Assembly: GCA_963798825.1 (NCBI GenBank)
Contig: CAWCVE010000003.1
Location: 19,250 to 83,249, forward strand
Direction: 5' to 3'
Source of the DNA: an uncultured Alphaproteobacteria bacterium
Lineage (GTDB): Bacteria > Pseudomonadota > Alphaproteobacteria > Rhizobiales > Xanthobacteraceae
DNA length: 64,000 nt
The first letter of the stretch is position 1. The number at the start of each line of letters is the position of its first letter. Positions 21,800 to 32,259 of this stretch are shown here, one piece after another. A program made the translations under genes and the position numbers. The notes under the pieces were generated by a model. The model worked only from the letters and a program-made list of their open reading frames with translations, had not been told where the DNA came from and searched no databases.

Positions 21800-22101
21800 G
21801 TCGCACTTAATGTGCGCCGCAACCGTGCTGTCAAAACGAAAATAATATTCGCCATTATCGAACGGCGGCACACGGCCGATGCTTGAAATGGCATGTCGGG
21901 AACAATCATGTTCCAAGAATGTTACGATTTCTTGCGGAAAATCTTTGTCGCCGATCACGGGCGGGCCAAAGCTGCGTTCCGCGCGGCGCCACGGTCGCGG
22001 AATATTCTTTCGTAAAGGAGACGGTCCTTCTCCAGCGATGCCGCCGTGCATCGGAAATCGGTTGCAGCAGCGGGGGGAATGAAACGCCCGTGCTGTGCCG
22101 C

Positions 22102-23325
22102 TCACTCGTGCGAATTGCCCGCTTCGATGCGCACCGGCTGATAACCGTCGGCGGTGAACGCCGCCAGGATGTCGGCGGCGTGCGCGGCGTCGCGCGTCTC
22201 GATGGTCACGTCGAGCTTGGCGCCCTTGGCCGGCACGTCGAGGAACAGGCGGCGGTGATCGACTTCGAGAATATTGGCGCCGAGTTCGCCGAACCGGGTT
22301 GCGATAATGCCGAGCACGCCGGGCCGGTCGGGAATGGTGAGGCGGAACGAGACGATGCGCGTTTCGCGCTCGAGTTCGCGCACCATGATGGACGCCAGAA
22401 TGCGCGGATCGATATTGCCGCCGCACAAAACGAGGCCGACCTTGCGGCCGCGGAAGCGCTCGGGCTTGGCGAGCATGGCGGCAAGGCCCGCGGCGCCCGC
22501 GCCTTCCGCCATGGTTTTCTGCAAGGTCAAATAGGCGTTGACCGCGCGCTCGAGATGCGCCTCGTCGACCAGAACGACGTCGGAAACGAGTTCGCGGATC
22601 ACCGGTAGCGTCAGTCTGCCGACATTCTTCACCGCAATGCCCTCGGCCAGCGTCGGCCCGCCGAGCGGCCGGTTCTCGTTATGCAGCGCGTTCCACACCG
22701 AGGGGTAAAGCGCAGCTTCCGCGCCGACGATGTCGATTGCGGGCTTGGCCGCGCGCGCGGCGATGGCGTTGCCGGCGATCAATCCGCCGCCGCCGATGGG
22801 GATCACCAGCACGTCGAGGTCGGGCGCTTCCTCCAGCATTTCGAGCGCAATGGTGCCCTGCCCCGCGATGATGCGTTCATCATCATAAGGGTGCACCAGC
22901 GTCAGCCCGCGTTCGGCCAGCAACTGCTCGCAACGCTTCTGCGCCTCCGCCACGCTCTCGCCCTCGAGCACGACCTCGGCGCCGTGCGACCGGGTCGCCG
23001 CCACCTTCACCAGCGGCGTGGTCTCCGGCATCACGATGGTGGCCGGAATCTTGAGCCGCGCGGCGTGATAAGCGACCGCCTGCGCGTGGTTGCCGGCCGA
23101 CATGGCGATGACGCCGCGGCGGCGCTCGGCCTCGCTCAGCGAAGTCAGCTTGTTGAGCGCACCGCGATCCTTGAACGAATTGGTGACCTGCAAATTCTCG
23201 TATTTGACGTAGACCTCGGCGCCGGTGAGCGCCGACAGCCGCGGCGCCGGCAGCATCGGCGTGCGCAGCACGGCGCCCTGGATCACGCCTCGAGCGGCTT
23301 CGATGTCGGCGATCGTTACGGTCAC
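22102..23325 (-). CDS. ilvA: threonine ammonia-lyase (threonine dehydratase) with C-terminal ACT-like domain
   Basis: PLP-enzyme motifs NLQVTNSFKDRGA and SAGNHAQ. GTG start at 23325 lies 6 nt behind GGGAGA ((M)TVTIADIEAARGVIQG). Confidence 0.9.
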   Translation of the reverse strand: MTVTIADIEAARGVIQGAVLRTPMLPAPRLSALTGAEVYVKYENLQVTNSFKDRGALNKLTSLSEAERRRGVIAMSAGNHAQAVAYHAARLKIPATIVMPETTPLVKVAATRSHGAEVVLEGESVAEAQKRCEQLLAERGLTLVHPYDDERIIAGQGTIALEMLEEAPDLDVLVIPIGGGGLIAGNAIAARAAKPAIDIVGAEAALYPSVWNALHNENRPLGGPTLAEGIAVKNVGRLTLPVIRELVSDVVLVDEAHLERAVNAYLTLQKTMAEGAGAAGLAAMLAKPERFRGRKVGLVLCGGNIDPRILASIMVRELERETRIVSFRLTIPDRPGVLGIIATRFGELGANILEVDHRRLFLDVPAKGAKLDVTIETRDAAHAADILAAFTADGYQPVRIEAGNSHE

Positions 23326-23452
23326 GCAAGGTCTCCCGGCGCCTGGCGCACCATGCCGCAATGGCGGCCGGCATTCCAGCCGGTCGGCCGGCGGCTTGCG
23401 GACCCCTTGCGCGCGGCCGATTCCTTCGCCATCTCGATACTGACTCAGAGGA

Positions 23453-23983
23453 GTGCCCCGACCCAAGGGGCAAAGGCCCATGGCGATCGACATCAAGCCG
23501 CACGCCTATGACCCGGCCACGAATCCGGAGCTTTTCGAGGGCGTCCTGGCGCGCCGGGTGGTGGCTTTCTGCATCGATTTCATCATCATCGCCGTGCCGG
23601 TGGTACTGGCGGCCATGTTCATCTTCGCCTTCGGCATCGTCACGCTCGGGCTCGGCTTTGTGCTCTATTGGCTGTTGTCGCCGGCGACCGTGATCTGGGC
23701 GCTGGTCTATTTCGGCGTCACGCTGGGCGGGGAGCGTTCGGCTACCGTCGGCATGCGGATCATGGATATCGAAATGCGCACCTGGTACGGCGCGCCCGCC
23801 TATTTCGTGCTCGGGGCGGTGCACGCCATCGCATTCTGGTTCACGGTATCTTTCATGACGCCCTTCGTCCTTTTGGTGCCCTTTTTCAACGAGCGCCGCC
23901 GGCTGCTGCACGACATCATGCTCGGCACCGTCATCATCAATAACCCGGCGCGGGCCGCTTTGCGCAGCGTGCCGGCGCGATAA
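23453..23983 (+). CDS. RDD family membrane protein
   Basis: ARRVVAFCIDFIIIAVP... with 3 TM segments and a terminal RRRLLHDIMLGTVII. The start may instead be MAIDIK at 23480. Confidence 0.75.
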   Translation: MPRPKGQRPMAIDIKPHAYDPATNPELFEGVLARRVVAFCIDFIIIAVPVVLAAMFIFAFGIVTLGLGFVLYWLLSPATVIWALVYFGVTLGGERSATVGMRIMDIEMRTWYGAPAYFVLGAVHAIAFWFTVSFMTPFVLLVPFFNERRRLLHDIMLGTVIINNPARAALRSVPAR

Positions 23984-24053
23984 AGGCCTTTGACGAGGCT
24001 CCCGCGGCGCGCGATGCTAGAGACTGAATCGGGAGCCATGACGGCCTGACGAC

Positions 24054-24803
24054 GTGATCCAGCATTCCCGCGATACGCCGCAATTCTACCTGACCGCGCC
24101 CTCGCCCTGCCCCTATCTGCGCGGCCAGGAAGAGCGCAAAGTTTTCACCCACCTGGTCGGTGAACGGGCGGGCGAACTCAACGATCTGCTCACCCATGGC
24201 GGATTCCGCCGCAGCCAGTCGATCGCTTACCGGCCGGCCTGCGAGAGCTGCCGCGCCTGCGTGTCGGTGCGCGTAATGGCGGCGGATTTTTCGCCCTCGC
24301 GCAATATGCGCCGCATCGCCGACCGCAACGCCGACGTCATCAGCGACATGCGTTCGCCGGCGCCGACCTCCGAGCAATATTCGGTGTTCCGCGGCTATCT
24401 CGACACCCGCCACCGCGACGGCGGCATGGCCGACATGACTGTGCTCGACTACGCCATGATGATCGAGGACAGCCACGTCGACACTCGCCTGGTCGAGTAC
24501 CGCCCGCGCGGACCGGACAGCGGCATCAACGGCCGCGGCGCCGGCAAATTGCTGGCGGTGGCGCTCACCGACGTGCTCTCGGACGGTCTATCGATGGTCT
24601 ATTCGTTCTTCGATCCGGACGCCGGCGAGCGCTCGCTCGGCACGTTGATGATCCTCGACCACATCGCGCGCGCGCAAAGTATGGGCCTGCAATACGTCTA
24701 TCTCGGCTACTGGGTACCGGGCTCGCGCAAGATGGATTACAAAGGCCGCTTCCTGCCGCAAGAACGGCTACTGCCCTCGGGCTGGACGCGCGTCGAAAAA
24801 TAA
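24054..24803 (+). CDS. bpt: arginyltransferase / aspartate-glutamate leucyltransferase (Bpt/Ate family)
   Basis: [21 protein letters not shown]...[23 protein letters not shown]...[11 protein letters not shown] start. Confidence 0.85.
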   Translation: MIQHSRDTPQFYLTAPSPCPYLRGQEERKVFTHLVGERAGELNDLLTHGGFRRSQSIAYRPACESCRACVSVRVMAADFSPSRNMRRIADRNADVISDMRSPAPTSEQYSVFRGYLDTRHRDGGMADMTVLDYAMMIEDSHVDTRLVEYRPRGPDSGINGRGAGKLLAVALTDVLSDGLSMVYSFFDPDAGERSLGTLMILDHIARAQSMGLQYVYLGYWVPGSRKMDYKGRFLPQERLLPSGWTRVEK

Positions 24804-24808
24804 CCGCG

Positions 24809-26125
24809 CTATTGCAGCCCCGGGATCGGCACCCCGAACGTCTGCGCGATCAGGAACGCATTGAGCACCAGCACCAGCGCGGTCGCGACCACGGCCGCGA
24901 TGCGGGTGACGCGGCCGTTGACGAACTTGCCCATGATGTCGGCGCGGCCGGTAAACATCAGCAGCGCGATCATTGGCAGCGGCAGCGCGATCGAGAGCAC
25001 CACTTGGCTGACAACCAGCGCCTGGGTGGCGTTGACGCCATAGGCCACCACCACGAAGGCCGGCACCATGGTGATGACGCGGCGCAGCCAGACCGGAATG
25101 CGGAAACCGACGAAGCCCTGCATGATCATCTGCCCGGCCATGGTGCCCACGACCGAACTCGACACGCCGGAGGCGATCAGCGACAGCAGGAAAATCCCGG
25201 CGGCGCCGATGCCGAGCAAGGGCGCCAGCGTGTGATAGGCGGTTTCGATCTCGCCGACGTCCGGATGGCCGGCGTGAAAGGCGCCGGACGCCATCATCAC
25301 CATCGCCATGTTCACGAGGCCGGCGATCACCAGGGCGATCACCACTTCGTGGTTGGAGATGCGCACCAGCAGGCGGCGCTCGTGCTCGTCGCGGCCGGGC
25401 GTGCGCGCCTGCGTCAAACCCGCATGCAGGTAGACCGCGTGCGGCATGACGGTGGCGCCGATTATACCGACTGAGATCAACAAAGACTCAGCGTCGGGCA
25501 GTCCTGGAACGACCGAATGATAGGCCGCCGCCCCCCAATCGACTGGGGCGATGAACATTTCGATCAGGTAACAGAGACCAATGATGCCGACCAGGCCGCC
25601 GATGATCAGCTCGACGGGGCGGAAGCCGCGGCTTTCCACCATCAGGATGGCGTAAGTGATGAAGGCGGTGATGCCCATGCCGTAGATCAGCGGCATCTTG
25701 AACAGCAGCGAAAGCCCGACCGCGCCGCCGAGAAATTCGGCAAGGTCGGTCGCCATGGCGGCGACCTCGCTCACCAGCCACATCGCCAGCACGACGGGCT
25801 TGGAATAATGGTCGCGGCACATTTCCGCGAGATTGCGGCCGGTGACGATGCCGAGCTTGGCCGACAGCGCCTGGAACAGCATGGCGATCAGTTTGGCAAG
25901 CAGCACGACCCACAGCAGGCTGTAACCGTATTTGGCGCCGGCCTGGATGTTGGTGGCAAAATTACCGGGGTCCATGTAGGCAATGGAGGCAACGATCGCA
26001 GGCCCGGCGAAGGCGAGATAGGCGGCCGGCCCGCGGCGCTGGCCACTCAAGATGGCCTGCGCCGCCGCCACCGTCCGGTCGGTCAAGGAGCCCCGGCGGG
26101 CGAGCAAATCGCTCAAATCGCTCAT
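24809..26125 (-). CDS. mntH: Nramp-family divalent metal (Mn2+/Fe2+) transporter
   Basis: 438 aa with AYMDPGNFATNIQAGAKYGY and MPHAVYLH signature segments. Confidence 0.9.
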   Translation of the reverse strand: MSDLSDLLARRGSLTDRTVAAAQAILSGQRRGPAAYLAFAGPAIVASIAYMDPGNFATNIQAGAKYGYSLLWVVLLAKLIAMLFQALSAKLGIVTGRNLAEMCRDHYSKPVVLAMWLVSEVAAMATDLAEFLGGAVGLSLLFKMPLIYGMGITAFITYAILMVESRGFRPVELIIGGLVGIIGLCYLIEMFIAPVDWGAAAYHSVVPGLPDAESLLISVGIIGATVMPHAVYLHAGLTQARTPGRDEHERRLLVRISNHEVVIALVIAGLVNMAMVMMASGAFHAGHPDVGEIETAYHTLAPLLGIGAAGIFLLSLIASGVSSSVVGTMAGQMIMQGFVGFRIPVWLRRVITMVPAFVVVAYGVNATQALVVSQVVLSIALPLPMIALLMFTGRADIMGKFVNGRVTRIAAVVATALVLVLNAFLIAQTFGVPIPGLQ

Positions 26126-26155
26126 AAAATAAACCGCTCTAGCCTCGCCATAACA

Positions 26156-26230
26156 ATGTAGCCATTGCTACATCTTGCAATAGGCGGTTGGCCGCGTATG
26201 TCAATGCGCACATTGTAGCCATAGCAACAA
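26156..26230. promoter_or_regulatory. candidate metalloregulator operators in the mntH-mntR divergent intergenic region
   Basis: Perfect palindrome TGTAGC-CATT-GCTACA (26156-26171), plus an imperfect 20-bp palindrome ATTGTAGCCATAGCAACAAT (26211-26230) that shares the TGTAGCCAT core. Confidence 0.4.
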
Positions 26231-26301
26231 TTTGATAGTCTCTCCCGACCGCGTGCCTACCGGGCTATCGGCCGGCCTGCGCGGCCTTAAAGGGACGCGC
26301 C

Positions 26302-26769
26302 ATGATACAGCCGGCGAAAAAGAAAAGGACGAAGGCCGCACTCAAACTGCCGGCCGAGCTCACGGAGGCGCGCCGCTTTGGCAAGACGCGCTCGGCGCAA
26401 TCGGGCGCGCTGCTCGAAGACTATGTCGAACTGATCGACGACCTGCTTTCCACCAACGGCGAGGCACGCCCGACCGACGTCGCCCGCCGGCTTGGCGTCT
26501 CGCATGCCACCGCCATCAAAACGATCGCGCGCCTCAAACGCTCGGGTCTCGCGACCGGCCGTCCCTACCGCGGCGTTTTTCTGACCGAGGAAGGACAGAA
26601 GCTGGCGGCGCGCGTGCGGGCGCGCCATCGGCTGGTCGTGGATATCTTGCTGGCCTTGGGCGCGCCCGCCGAAGCCGCGGAAGCCGATGCCGAAGGCATT
26701 GAGCATTATGTATCGGAAGCCACGTCGAAGGCGTTTGCGCAGTTCCTACAATTGCGCGGGCAAAGCTAG
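26302..26769 (+). CDS. mntR: DtxR-family manganese-responsive regulator MntR
   Basis: LEDYVELIDDL...ARPTDVARRLGVSHATAIKTIARLKRSGL...RHRLVVDIL. Divergent from mntH. Confidence 0.85.
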   Translation: MIQPAKKKRTKAALKLPAELTEARRFGKTRSAQSGALLEDYVELIDDLLSTNGEARPTDVARRLGVSHATAIKTIARLKRSGLATGRPYRGVFLTEEGQKLAARVRARHRLVVDILLALGAPAEAAEADAEGIEHYVSEATSKAFAQFLQLRGQS

Positions 26770-26778
26770 TCGCGCGTT

Positions 26779-29064
26779 TTACGCCTCTTCGCCGCCGTTT
26801 GTCTTGCCGCCGCTCGGCTGGGCATTGAACTTGTTGTTGGTGAGGAAGCGTTCCGGCCGGATGCGTCCGGCGGCTCCGCGCTCGCCGCGCCAACTGGCCA
26901 ACTCCTTGAGCGTCAGCGTGAAGCTGCGGCCCGCGGTGTCGATCCAGGTGAGGCCGTCTGAGCCCTTGAAGGTCTTAACGTCCGAGAGCCCCTTTTCCTT
27001 GTAGCGCTGCAGCCGCACACCACGGCCGCGCGTCATTTCCGGCACCTGGTCGAGCGGGAAGATCACCATCTTGCGGTTTAAGCCGATGGCCGCCACCAGG
27101 TCGCCATTGACGGTCGTCAGGGCCGCCGCCTTATCAAGGCCCTTGACGTTGAGTACCTGCTTGCCTTTGCGCGTGGTGCCAAGCACCTCGTTCTCCGGCA
27201 CAACGAAGCCGTTGCCGCCGTAGCTCGCCACCAGGAATTTTCGCTTACCTTCGTAGGCTAGCGCCGCCACCACATCGGCATCTTGTTCGATGTCAAAATA
27301 AAGCCGCACCGGCTCGCCGTGCCCGCGCCCGCCCGGCAATTTCGCGGCTTCCAGCGTGTAGAATTTGCCATTGCTGGCAAAAATAAGAATCTTGGCGGTG
27401 GTTTCGGTGGGGAATGCGAATTTCAGCGCGTCATCGGTCTTGAAGGTGACGCCCGACAGATCGCTGACATGGCCGCGCAGCCCGCGGATCCAGCCCTTCT
27501 CGGACACCACGACAGTGATCGGCTCGCGCACCACCATTGCTTCTTCGATTGCGGCCTCGTCGTGCTCCGGCGCCTCGGCAAAAGTCGTGCGCCGCTTGCC
27601 GAGATCGGTCTTGGGCCCGAACTTGACTTTCAGCTCCTTGATCTCGGCGGCGATGGTCTTCCATTGCCTGTCGGTCGAGCCGATCAGCGACTTGATTGTT
27701 TTCAGCTCCTCGCGCAACGCCTTGTCCTCGGCGCGAATTTCCATCTCTTCCAGCTTGCGCAAATTGCGCAGGCGCATGTTGAGAATGGCGTCAGCCTGCA
27801 CGTCGGACAGCTTGAACGCCTTCATCAAGACGGGTTTGGGCTCGTCCTCGCGCCGGATGATCTTGATGACCTTGTCGAGGTTGAGATAGGCGATCAGATA
27901 GCCGCCCAGCACTTCCAGGCGATGCTCGATCTGCGCCAGCCGGAATTTCGAGCGGCGCAGCAGCACGTCGCGGCGGTGATCGAGCCACTCGCGCAAGGCC
28001 TCGGCGAGGCCGAGCACGCGCGGAATGCGGCCCTTCACCAGCACGTTCATGTTGAGAGGAATGCGGCTTTCGAGCTCGGTGAGCTTGAACAGCGACTCCA
28101 TCAGCAGCTCGGCGTCGACTGCGCGCGAACGTGGCTCGATCACCAGCCGGAGATCCTCAGCAGATTCGTCGCGCACGTCGGCAACCAGCGGCAGCTTCTT
28201 CTCGTTGATGAGTTCGGCGAGCTTCTCGACCAGGCGCGACTTCTGCACCAGCCAGGGAATTTGCGTGATGACGATCGTATAGGTGCCGCGGCCGAGATCT
28301 TCCTTGTCCCAGCGCGCGCGCACGCGGAACGAGCCGCGGCCGGTGGTGTAGGTCTCGGCGATTTCCGCAGGCTTATCGATGATGACCCCGCCAGTCGGGA
28401 AGTCCGGACCCTTGACGTATTTAAGCAGCGTGCGGCTGCGCGCCTTCGGGTTGTCGATCAGGAACAATGCCGCGTCGCACAACTCGGCCGCGTTGTGCGG
28501 CGGGATCGAGGTCGCCATGCCGACCGCGATGCCCTGCGAACCGTTCGCCAGCAGGTTGGGGAACGCCGCCGGCAGCACCATCGGCTCTTCCCCGGTGCCA
28601 TCGTAGCTCGGGCGGAAGTCGACGGCGTCTTCCTCGATACCGTCGATCAGCAGGCGCGCGACTTCGGTCAGCCGCGATTCGGTGTAGCGCATGGCGGCGG
28701 CGTTATCGCCGTCGATGTTGCCGAAGTTGCCCTGCCCATCGATCAGCGGATAACGCTGCGCGAAATCCTGCGCCAGGCGCACCATAGCGTCGTAGATCGC
28801 CTGGTCGCCGTGCGGATGGAAATTGCCCATCACGTCGCCAACCACCTTGGCCGATTTCTTGAAGGCGGCGCCGGGGTCGAGCCGCAGCGTCCGCATGACG
28901 TGCAGGATGCGGCGGTGCACCGGCTTGAGTCCGTCGCGCGCGTCGGGAAGCGCTCGATTCATGATGGTCGAGAGCGCGTAAGCGAGATAGCGCTCTTCCA
29001 GCGCCCCGCGCAGCGCGACCTCTTCGACATGCCCCTTTTCCGGGGGAATCACTCGTTTGCCCAT
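26779..29064 (-). CDS. parC: DNA topoisomerase IV subunit A
   Basis: [36 protein letters not shown] (catalytic Tyr region) and a C-terminal beta-pinwheel. Start at [10 protein letters not shown] (29064). Confidence 0.9.
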   Translation of the reverse strand: MGKRVIPPEKGHVEEVALRGALEERYLAYALSTIMNRALPDARDGLKPVHRRILHVMRTLRLDPGAAFKKSAKVVGDVMGNFHPHGDQAIYDAMVRLAQDFAQRYPLIDGQGNFGNIDGDNAAAMRYTESRLTEVARLLIDGIEEDAVDFRPSYDGTGEEPMVLPAAFPNLLANGSQGIAVGMATSIPPHNAAELCDAALFLIDNPKARSRTLLKYVKGPDFPTGGVIIDKPAEIAETYTTGRGSFRVRARWDKEDLGRGTYTIVITQIPWLVQKSRLVEKLAELINEKKLPLVADVRDESAEDLRLVIEPRSRAVDAELLMESLFKLTELESRIPLNMNVLVKGRIPRVLGLAEALREWLDHRRDVLLRRSKFRLAQIEHRLEVLGGYLIAYLNLDKVIKIIRREDEPKPVLMKAFKLSDVQADAILNMRLRNLRKLEEMEIRAEDKALREELKTIKSLIGSTDRQWKTIAAEIKELKVKFGPKTDLGKRRTTFAEAPEHDEAAIEEAMVVREPITVVVSEKGWIRGLRGHVSDLSGVTFKTDDALKFAFPTETTAKILIFASNGKFYTLEAAKLPGGRGHGEPVRLYFDIEQDADVVAALAYEGKRKFLVASYGGNGFVVPENEVLGTTRKGKQVLNVKGLDKAAALTTVNGDLVAAIGLNRKMVIFPLDQVPEMTRGRGVRLQRYKEKGLSDVKTFKGSDGLTWIDTAGRSFTLTLKELASWRGERGAAGRIRPERFLTNNKFNAQPSGGKTNGGEEA

Positions 29065-29507
29065 ACTATTTGGGTATCGCAAGCCGCCGGCATGAACAAC
29101 AGATGAATAGCTAAGTCACGAGATGTCGGCATTGATTCGGCTATTGTGGCAATCAACGAGGGTGAGAACCTTCGTGCCGATCGGTTGCACGGTTTGAAGG
29201 AACCAAAATCTGTATCCACACGTTAGATTCTACCGCTGCCGTTTGGATCCGTCCTTGCGCGTCTCTAATCGCATTATTTTATTGAAATATTTTGAGCGCG
29301 GGGCGTTCTTCATCCGTTTCTTTCCCGGCTCGTACCACCGTGTTCGGTAGCAATTTGGGTAGCAACGATCACCGTATGTTCTATCGCCCGCGCCAGCCCT
29401 CGCGGGGCCGTTGGGTCGAGCGCATCCGATTTGCGGTGTCACACAGCTCCCGCCGCCCCAGAAAAAATCTCGCATTCGCGCGCAGCCAAAAAGCTAGCGC
29501 GCCATGA

Positions 29508-29584
29508 GAAGGCGGATGGCTAGTTCAGTGGAGCAGTGACTTTTAATCAGTAGGTCATGGGTTCGAGTCCCATCGCGCTCACCA
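29508..29584 (+). tRNA. tRNA-Lys(UUU)-like sequence with a canonical 3' two-thirds and a non-canonical 5' third (possible pseudo-tRNA or att remnant)
   Basis: 29535-29584 = AGTGA-CTTTTAA-TCAGT AGGTC ATGGG-TTCGAGT-CCCAT CGCGCTC A CCA. The 5' strand GAAGGCG pairs only 5/7 with the acceptor 3' strand, the D-stem pairs 3/4, and there are 2 extra nt. Confidence 0.5.
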
Positions 29585-29752
29585 GCAAAATCAGCCACTT
29601 TTTGAATCGCTGCAAAAGCTGATACGGCCAGGGCTAACGAGAGGCTAACAGCAGGCCCGCAGCCTTGCTGCCGTGCCCGCTGGTGCGATTCTGGCGTCGG
29701 GTGGTATCCAAGAGGCGGCGGGCGGGAAGCCCAGACAGCAGGAGAGATAGTC

Positions 29753-29896
29753 ATGGGCAGGCGTCCTAATAATGGACCCACGTTCACAAAAGATAAGCCA
29801 ATTCCCTTTGAACATAGGCTGCCTAACCCGGCCCGCATAGAAGCCGAACGAGAGGAAGCAGAGCGAGAGGCGGCAAAGTCGAGAAGCTTTCAGTAG
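29753..29896 (+). CDS. hypothetical small protein (47 aa)
   Basis: ATG lies 6 nt after AGGAGA; product MGRRPNNGPTFTKDKPIPFEHRLPNPARIEAEREEAEREAAKSRSFQ. Too short for the supplied track. Confidence 0.3.
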   Translation: MGRRPNNGPTFTKDKPIPFEHRLPNPARIEAEREEAEREAAKSRSFQ

Positions 29897-30085
29897 CTTG
29901 ACTGTGTCGAAAAGTTTCGAGTTTTGTTTCCGGACTCCACATTTCCGGAAAAGCCTGATCCACCCAAAATTTTGAGACGGTGATAAAGCGCGCCAGCGGC
30001 GGTAGCCCCTGTGCAGCGCCCTCTATAAGAGCAATAATTGAAACATTGTGGCCCCAGCTAGTTCGACAGCTTTGGAGGGCGTGTA

Positions 30086-30379
30086 ATGAAAGCAAGGTTT
30101 TTAGTTGCGCACAGGAATGCCACTGGTATTCATCAAAAAGTGTTTCTTATGGAGCGATTGGCAACGCTTCTACTTTCTACCAGCGATGTGTACAAAGTAG
30201 CGGTTTATGAATCAACTGAACTTCCGATCTCCCCTCCCTATATTCCTTTTGCGCGCCAAGCGGTTGTTCTTGATGCTTTAAAAATCGCGTATCGGCGGCT
30301 TAAAAACAAAAGATATCTCGATGAATATTTTGCGCTTAATAAAATTGTTATGGAGCAGTTGCGGACTCGAAAAGACTGA
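30086..30379 (+). CDS. hypothetical protein
   Basis: 97-aa ORF with GGAGG 7 nt upstream of the ATG. AT-rich island codon usage. No recognisable motif. Confidence 0.45.
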   Translation: MKARFLVAHRNATGIHQKVFLMERLATLLLSTSDVYKVAVYESTELPISPPYIPFARQAVVLDALKIAYRRLKNKRYLDEYFALNKIVMEQLRTRKD

Positions 30380-30561
30380 TTCACTTGGCTTGGCTTTTTA
30401 ATTAAGGTAGCGTGAAAGGCGACTTTCGTAGGCGGGTCCTTACGGGATGTTTATCCGCGGCTTTCGCCGGAACGGTTCAAGTCGTTTCGGTGGAAAGATT
30501 GAACCGGGGCGGGTTCAATTAAGAAACACCGTGGCATATAAAAGAAAACGACAGGGCGATT

Positions 30562-31236
30562 ATGATTGAGATAGTAAGTGCGACAAGACTATCTGAAAAT
30601 GACTTTTATAATAAATCCGCGCTTGGCATTTCTCTGCGACGACTTGGCTTTGACCGCCGTTTAGTTCCGCGCATAACTTTCAACAACCAGCGTGGGCTTC
30701 CAAGCATTTACAATGAAAGGATTTTAGCGACAGACAACGATAGTTTGCTGACATTCATTCACGACGACGTTTGGATAGACGATTATTTTCTTTCTGACCG
30801 TGTAATAGAGGGGCTACAAAAATACGATGTGATTGGTGTTGCCGGCAATCGGAGAAGGGTGAAAAACCAACCCTCTTGGGCTTTCATAGACACAAAGTTT
30901 ACTTGGGACGATAAATCCAACCTCACTGGGTCTGTTTCACACGGTAAAACACCGTTCGGTCCCGTATCGTTATTTGGACCAGTCCCTACTGATTGCGAGT
31001 TATTGGATGGTGTTTTTATTGCCGCAAAAAAATCGGCGCTTATATCAAAGGGCGTAAAGTTTGATCCACGGTTTGACTTTCATTTCTATGACCTGGACTT
31101 TTGCCGTAGCGCAAGAGAGTGCGGTTTACGCCTTGGAACCTGGTCTATTTGTTTGACCCATCAGAGCGGTGGTGCCTTCGGCAGCAAACAATGGACCGAG
31201 AGTTATCTCGCTTATATGGAGAAGTGGCGTGACTAG
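30562..31236 (+). CDS. putative glycosyltransferase (GT-A/GT2-like, DXD-type)
   Basis: 224 aa with LTFIHDDVWIDD (DXD-like), VIGVAGN, LLDGVFIAAKKS and FHFYDLDFC, resembling small GT-A fold transferases. Confidence 0.55.
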   Translation: MIEIVSATRLSENDFYNKSALGISLRRLGFDRRLVPRITFNNQRGLPSIYNERILATDNDSLLTFIHDDVWIDDYFLSDRVIEGLQKYDVIGVAGNRRRVKNQPSWAFIDTKFTWDDKSNLTGSVSHGKTPFGPVSLFGPVPTDCELLDGVFIAAKKSALISKGVKFDPRFDFHFYDLDFCRSARECGLRLGTWSICLTHQSGGAFGSKQWTESYLAYMEKWRD

Positions 31237-31293
31237 GTGTTTGGTCCCAAAGAATTGTGGTGCATTGTATCATGACCTCCGGAGGGACGAGCT

Positions 31294-32259
31294 ATGGGGC
31301 AGATTCTTCACGGCAGCGCCACGACGACTGAGGCGGTCCGTCGAGCAATACAAAATAGTCAAGCGAGCCTGAGGGATCTCGCCAGCCGGCACGGCATCAA
31401 TCCGAAGACCGTCGCTAAACGGCGAAAGCGCACCTCTACTTGCGATGCTCCGATGGGGCCAATTGCGCCGCATTCGACGGTTCTCACCAAGGAGGAAGTG
31501 GCACTCATCGTTGCGTTTCGTCGACACACGCTGTTGCCACTCGACGATTGTCTTTACGCCTTGCAAGCCACGGTACCGCACTTATCTCGGTCGTCCCTGC
31601 ATCGTTGCCTTCAGCGGTATGGAATCAGTCGTCTGCCCGAGACTGGAGGCGACAAACCGGCCAAAAAGAAGTTCAAGAACTATCCGATCGGCTACTTCCA
31701 TCTCGACATTGCTGAGGTGCGTACCGAGGAGGGCAAACTTTATTTGTTCGTTGCGATCGATCGCACGTCAAAGTTTGCCTATGCCGAATTGCATGAGAAA
31801 TCTAATCGCCACATCGCTACAGGCTTCCTCAAGGCGCTGATCAAGGCCGTTCCCTACAAAATCCACACCGTGCTCACCGATAATGGAATCCAGTTCACCC
31901 ACTTGCCGAAGAACCGCGTTGGACCTTCAGCCCGATGGCGCGCCCATATGTTCGATATGCTCTGCAATGCAAATGGCATCGAACACAGACTAACGAAGCC
32001 GAACCACCCTTGGACCAACGGCCAGGTCGAGAGAATGAACCGAACCCTGAAGGACGCCACGGTCAAGCGCTACCACTACAAGACCCATGGCCAGCTCAAA
32101 GAACACCTTCATGCCTTCCTAATGGCCTACAACTTTGCCAAGCGGCTCAAGACCCTCCGAGGTCTCACGCCCTACCAACACATCTGCAAAATCTGGACGA
32201 CCCAGCCAAATCGGTTCATGCTAAATCCGCTTCACCACACCGTGGGACTGAATAGCTAG
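31294..32259 (+). CDS. IS481-family transposase (rve integrase core)
   Basis: N-terminal HTH (TTTEAVRRAIQNSQASLRDLASRHGINPKTV) and a DDE core ending in HPWTNGQVERMNRTLK. Terminal inverted repeats could not be identified. Confidence 0.9.
   Translation: MGQILHGSATTTEAVRRAIQNSQASLRDLASRHGINPKTVAKRRKRTSTCDAPMGPIAPHSTVLTKEEVALIVAFRRHTLLPLDDCLYALQATVPHLSRSSLHRCLQRYGISRLPETGGDKPAKKKFKNYPIGYFHLDIAEVRTEEGKLYLFVAIDRTSKFAYAELHEKSNRHIATGFLKALIKAVPYKIHTVLTDNGIQFTHLPKNRVGPSARWRAHMFDMLCNANGIEHRLTKPNHPWTNGQVERMNRTLKDATVKRYHYKTHGQLKEHLHAFLMAYNFAKRLKTLRGLTPYQHICKIWTTQPNRFMLNPLHHTVGLNS

Noticed and set aside
21359-22426. 355-aa minus-strand ORF
   Set aside because: Only its last ~146 codons (from MLDV at 21799) are the cysH N-terminal part. 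The first ~209 codons are Arg-rich noise that overlaps the ilvA 3' end out of frame and then runs through the ilvA-cysH spacer.
29494-29838. 114-aa minus-strand ORF
   Set aside because: It runs antisense through the tRNA-like sequence; the GTRTHDL string is the classic reverse-tRNA translation artefact.
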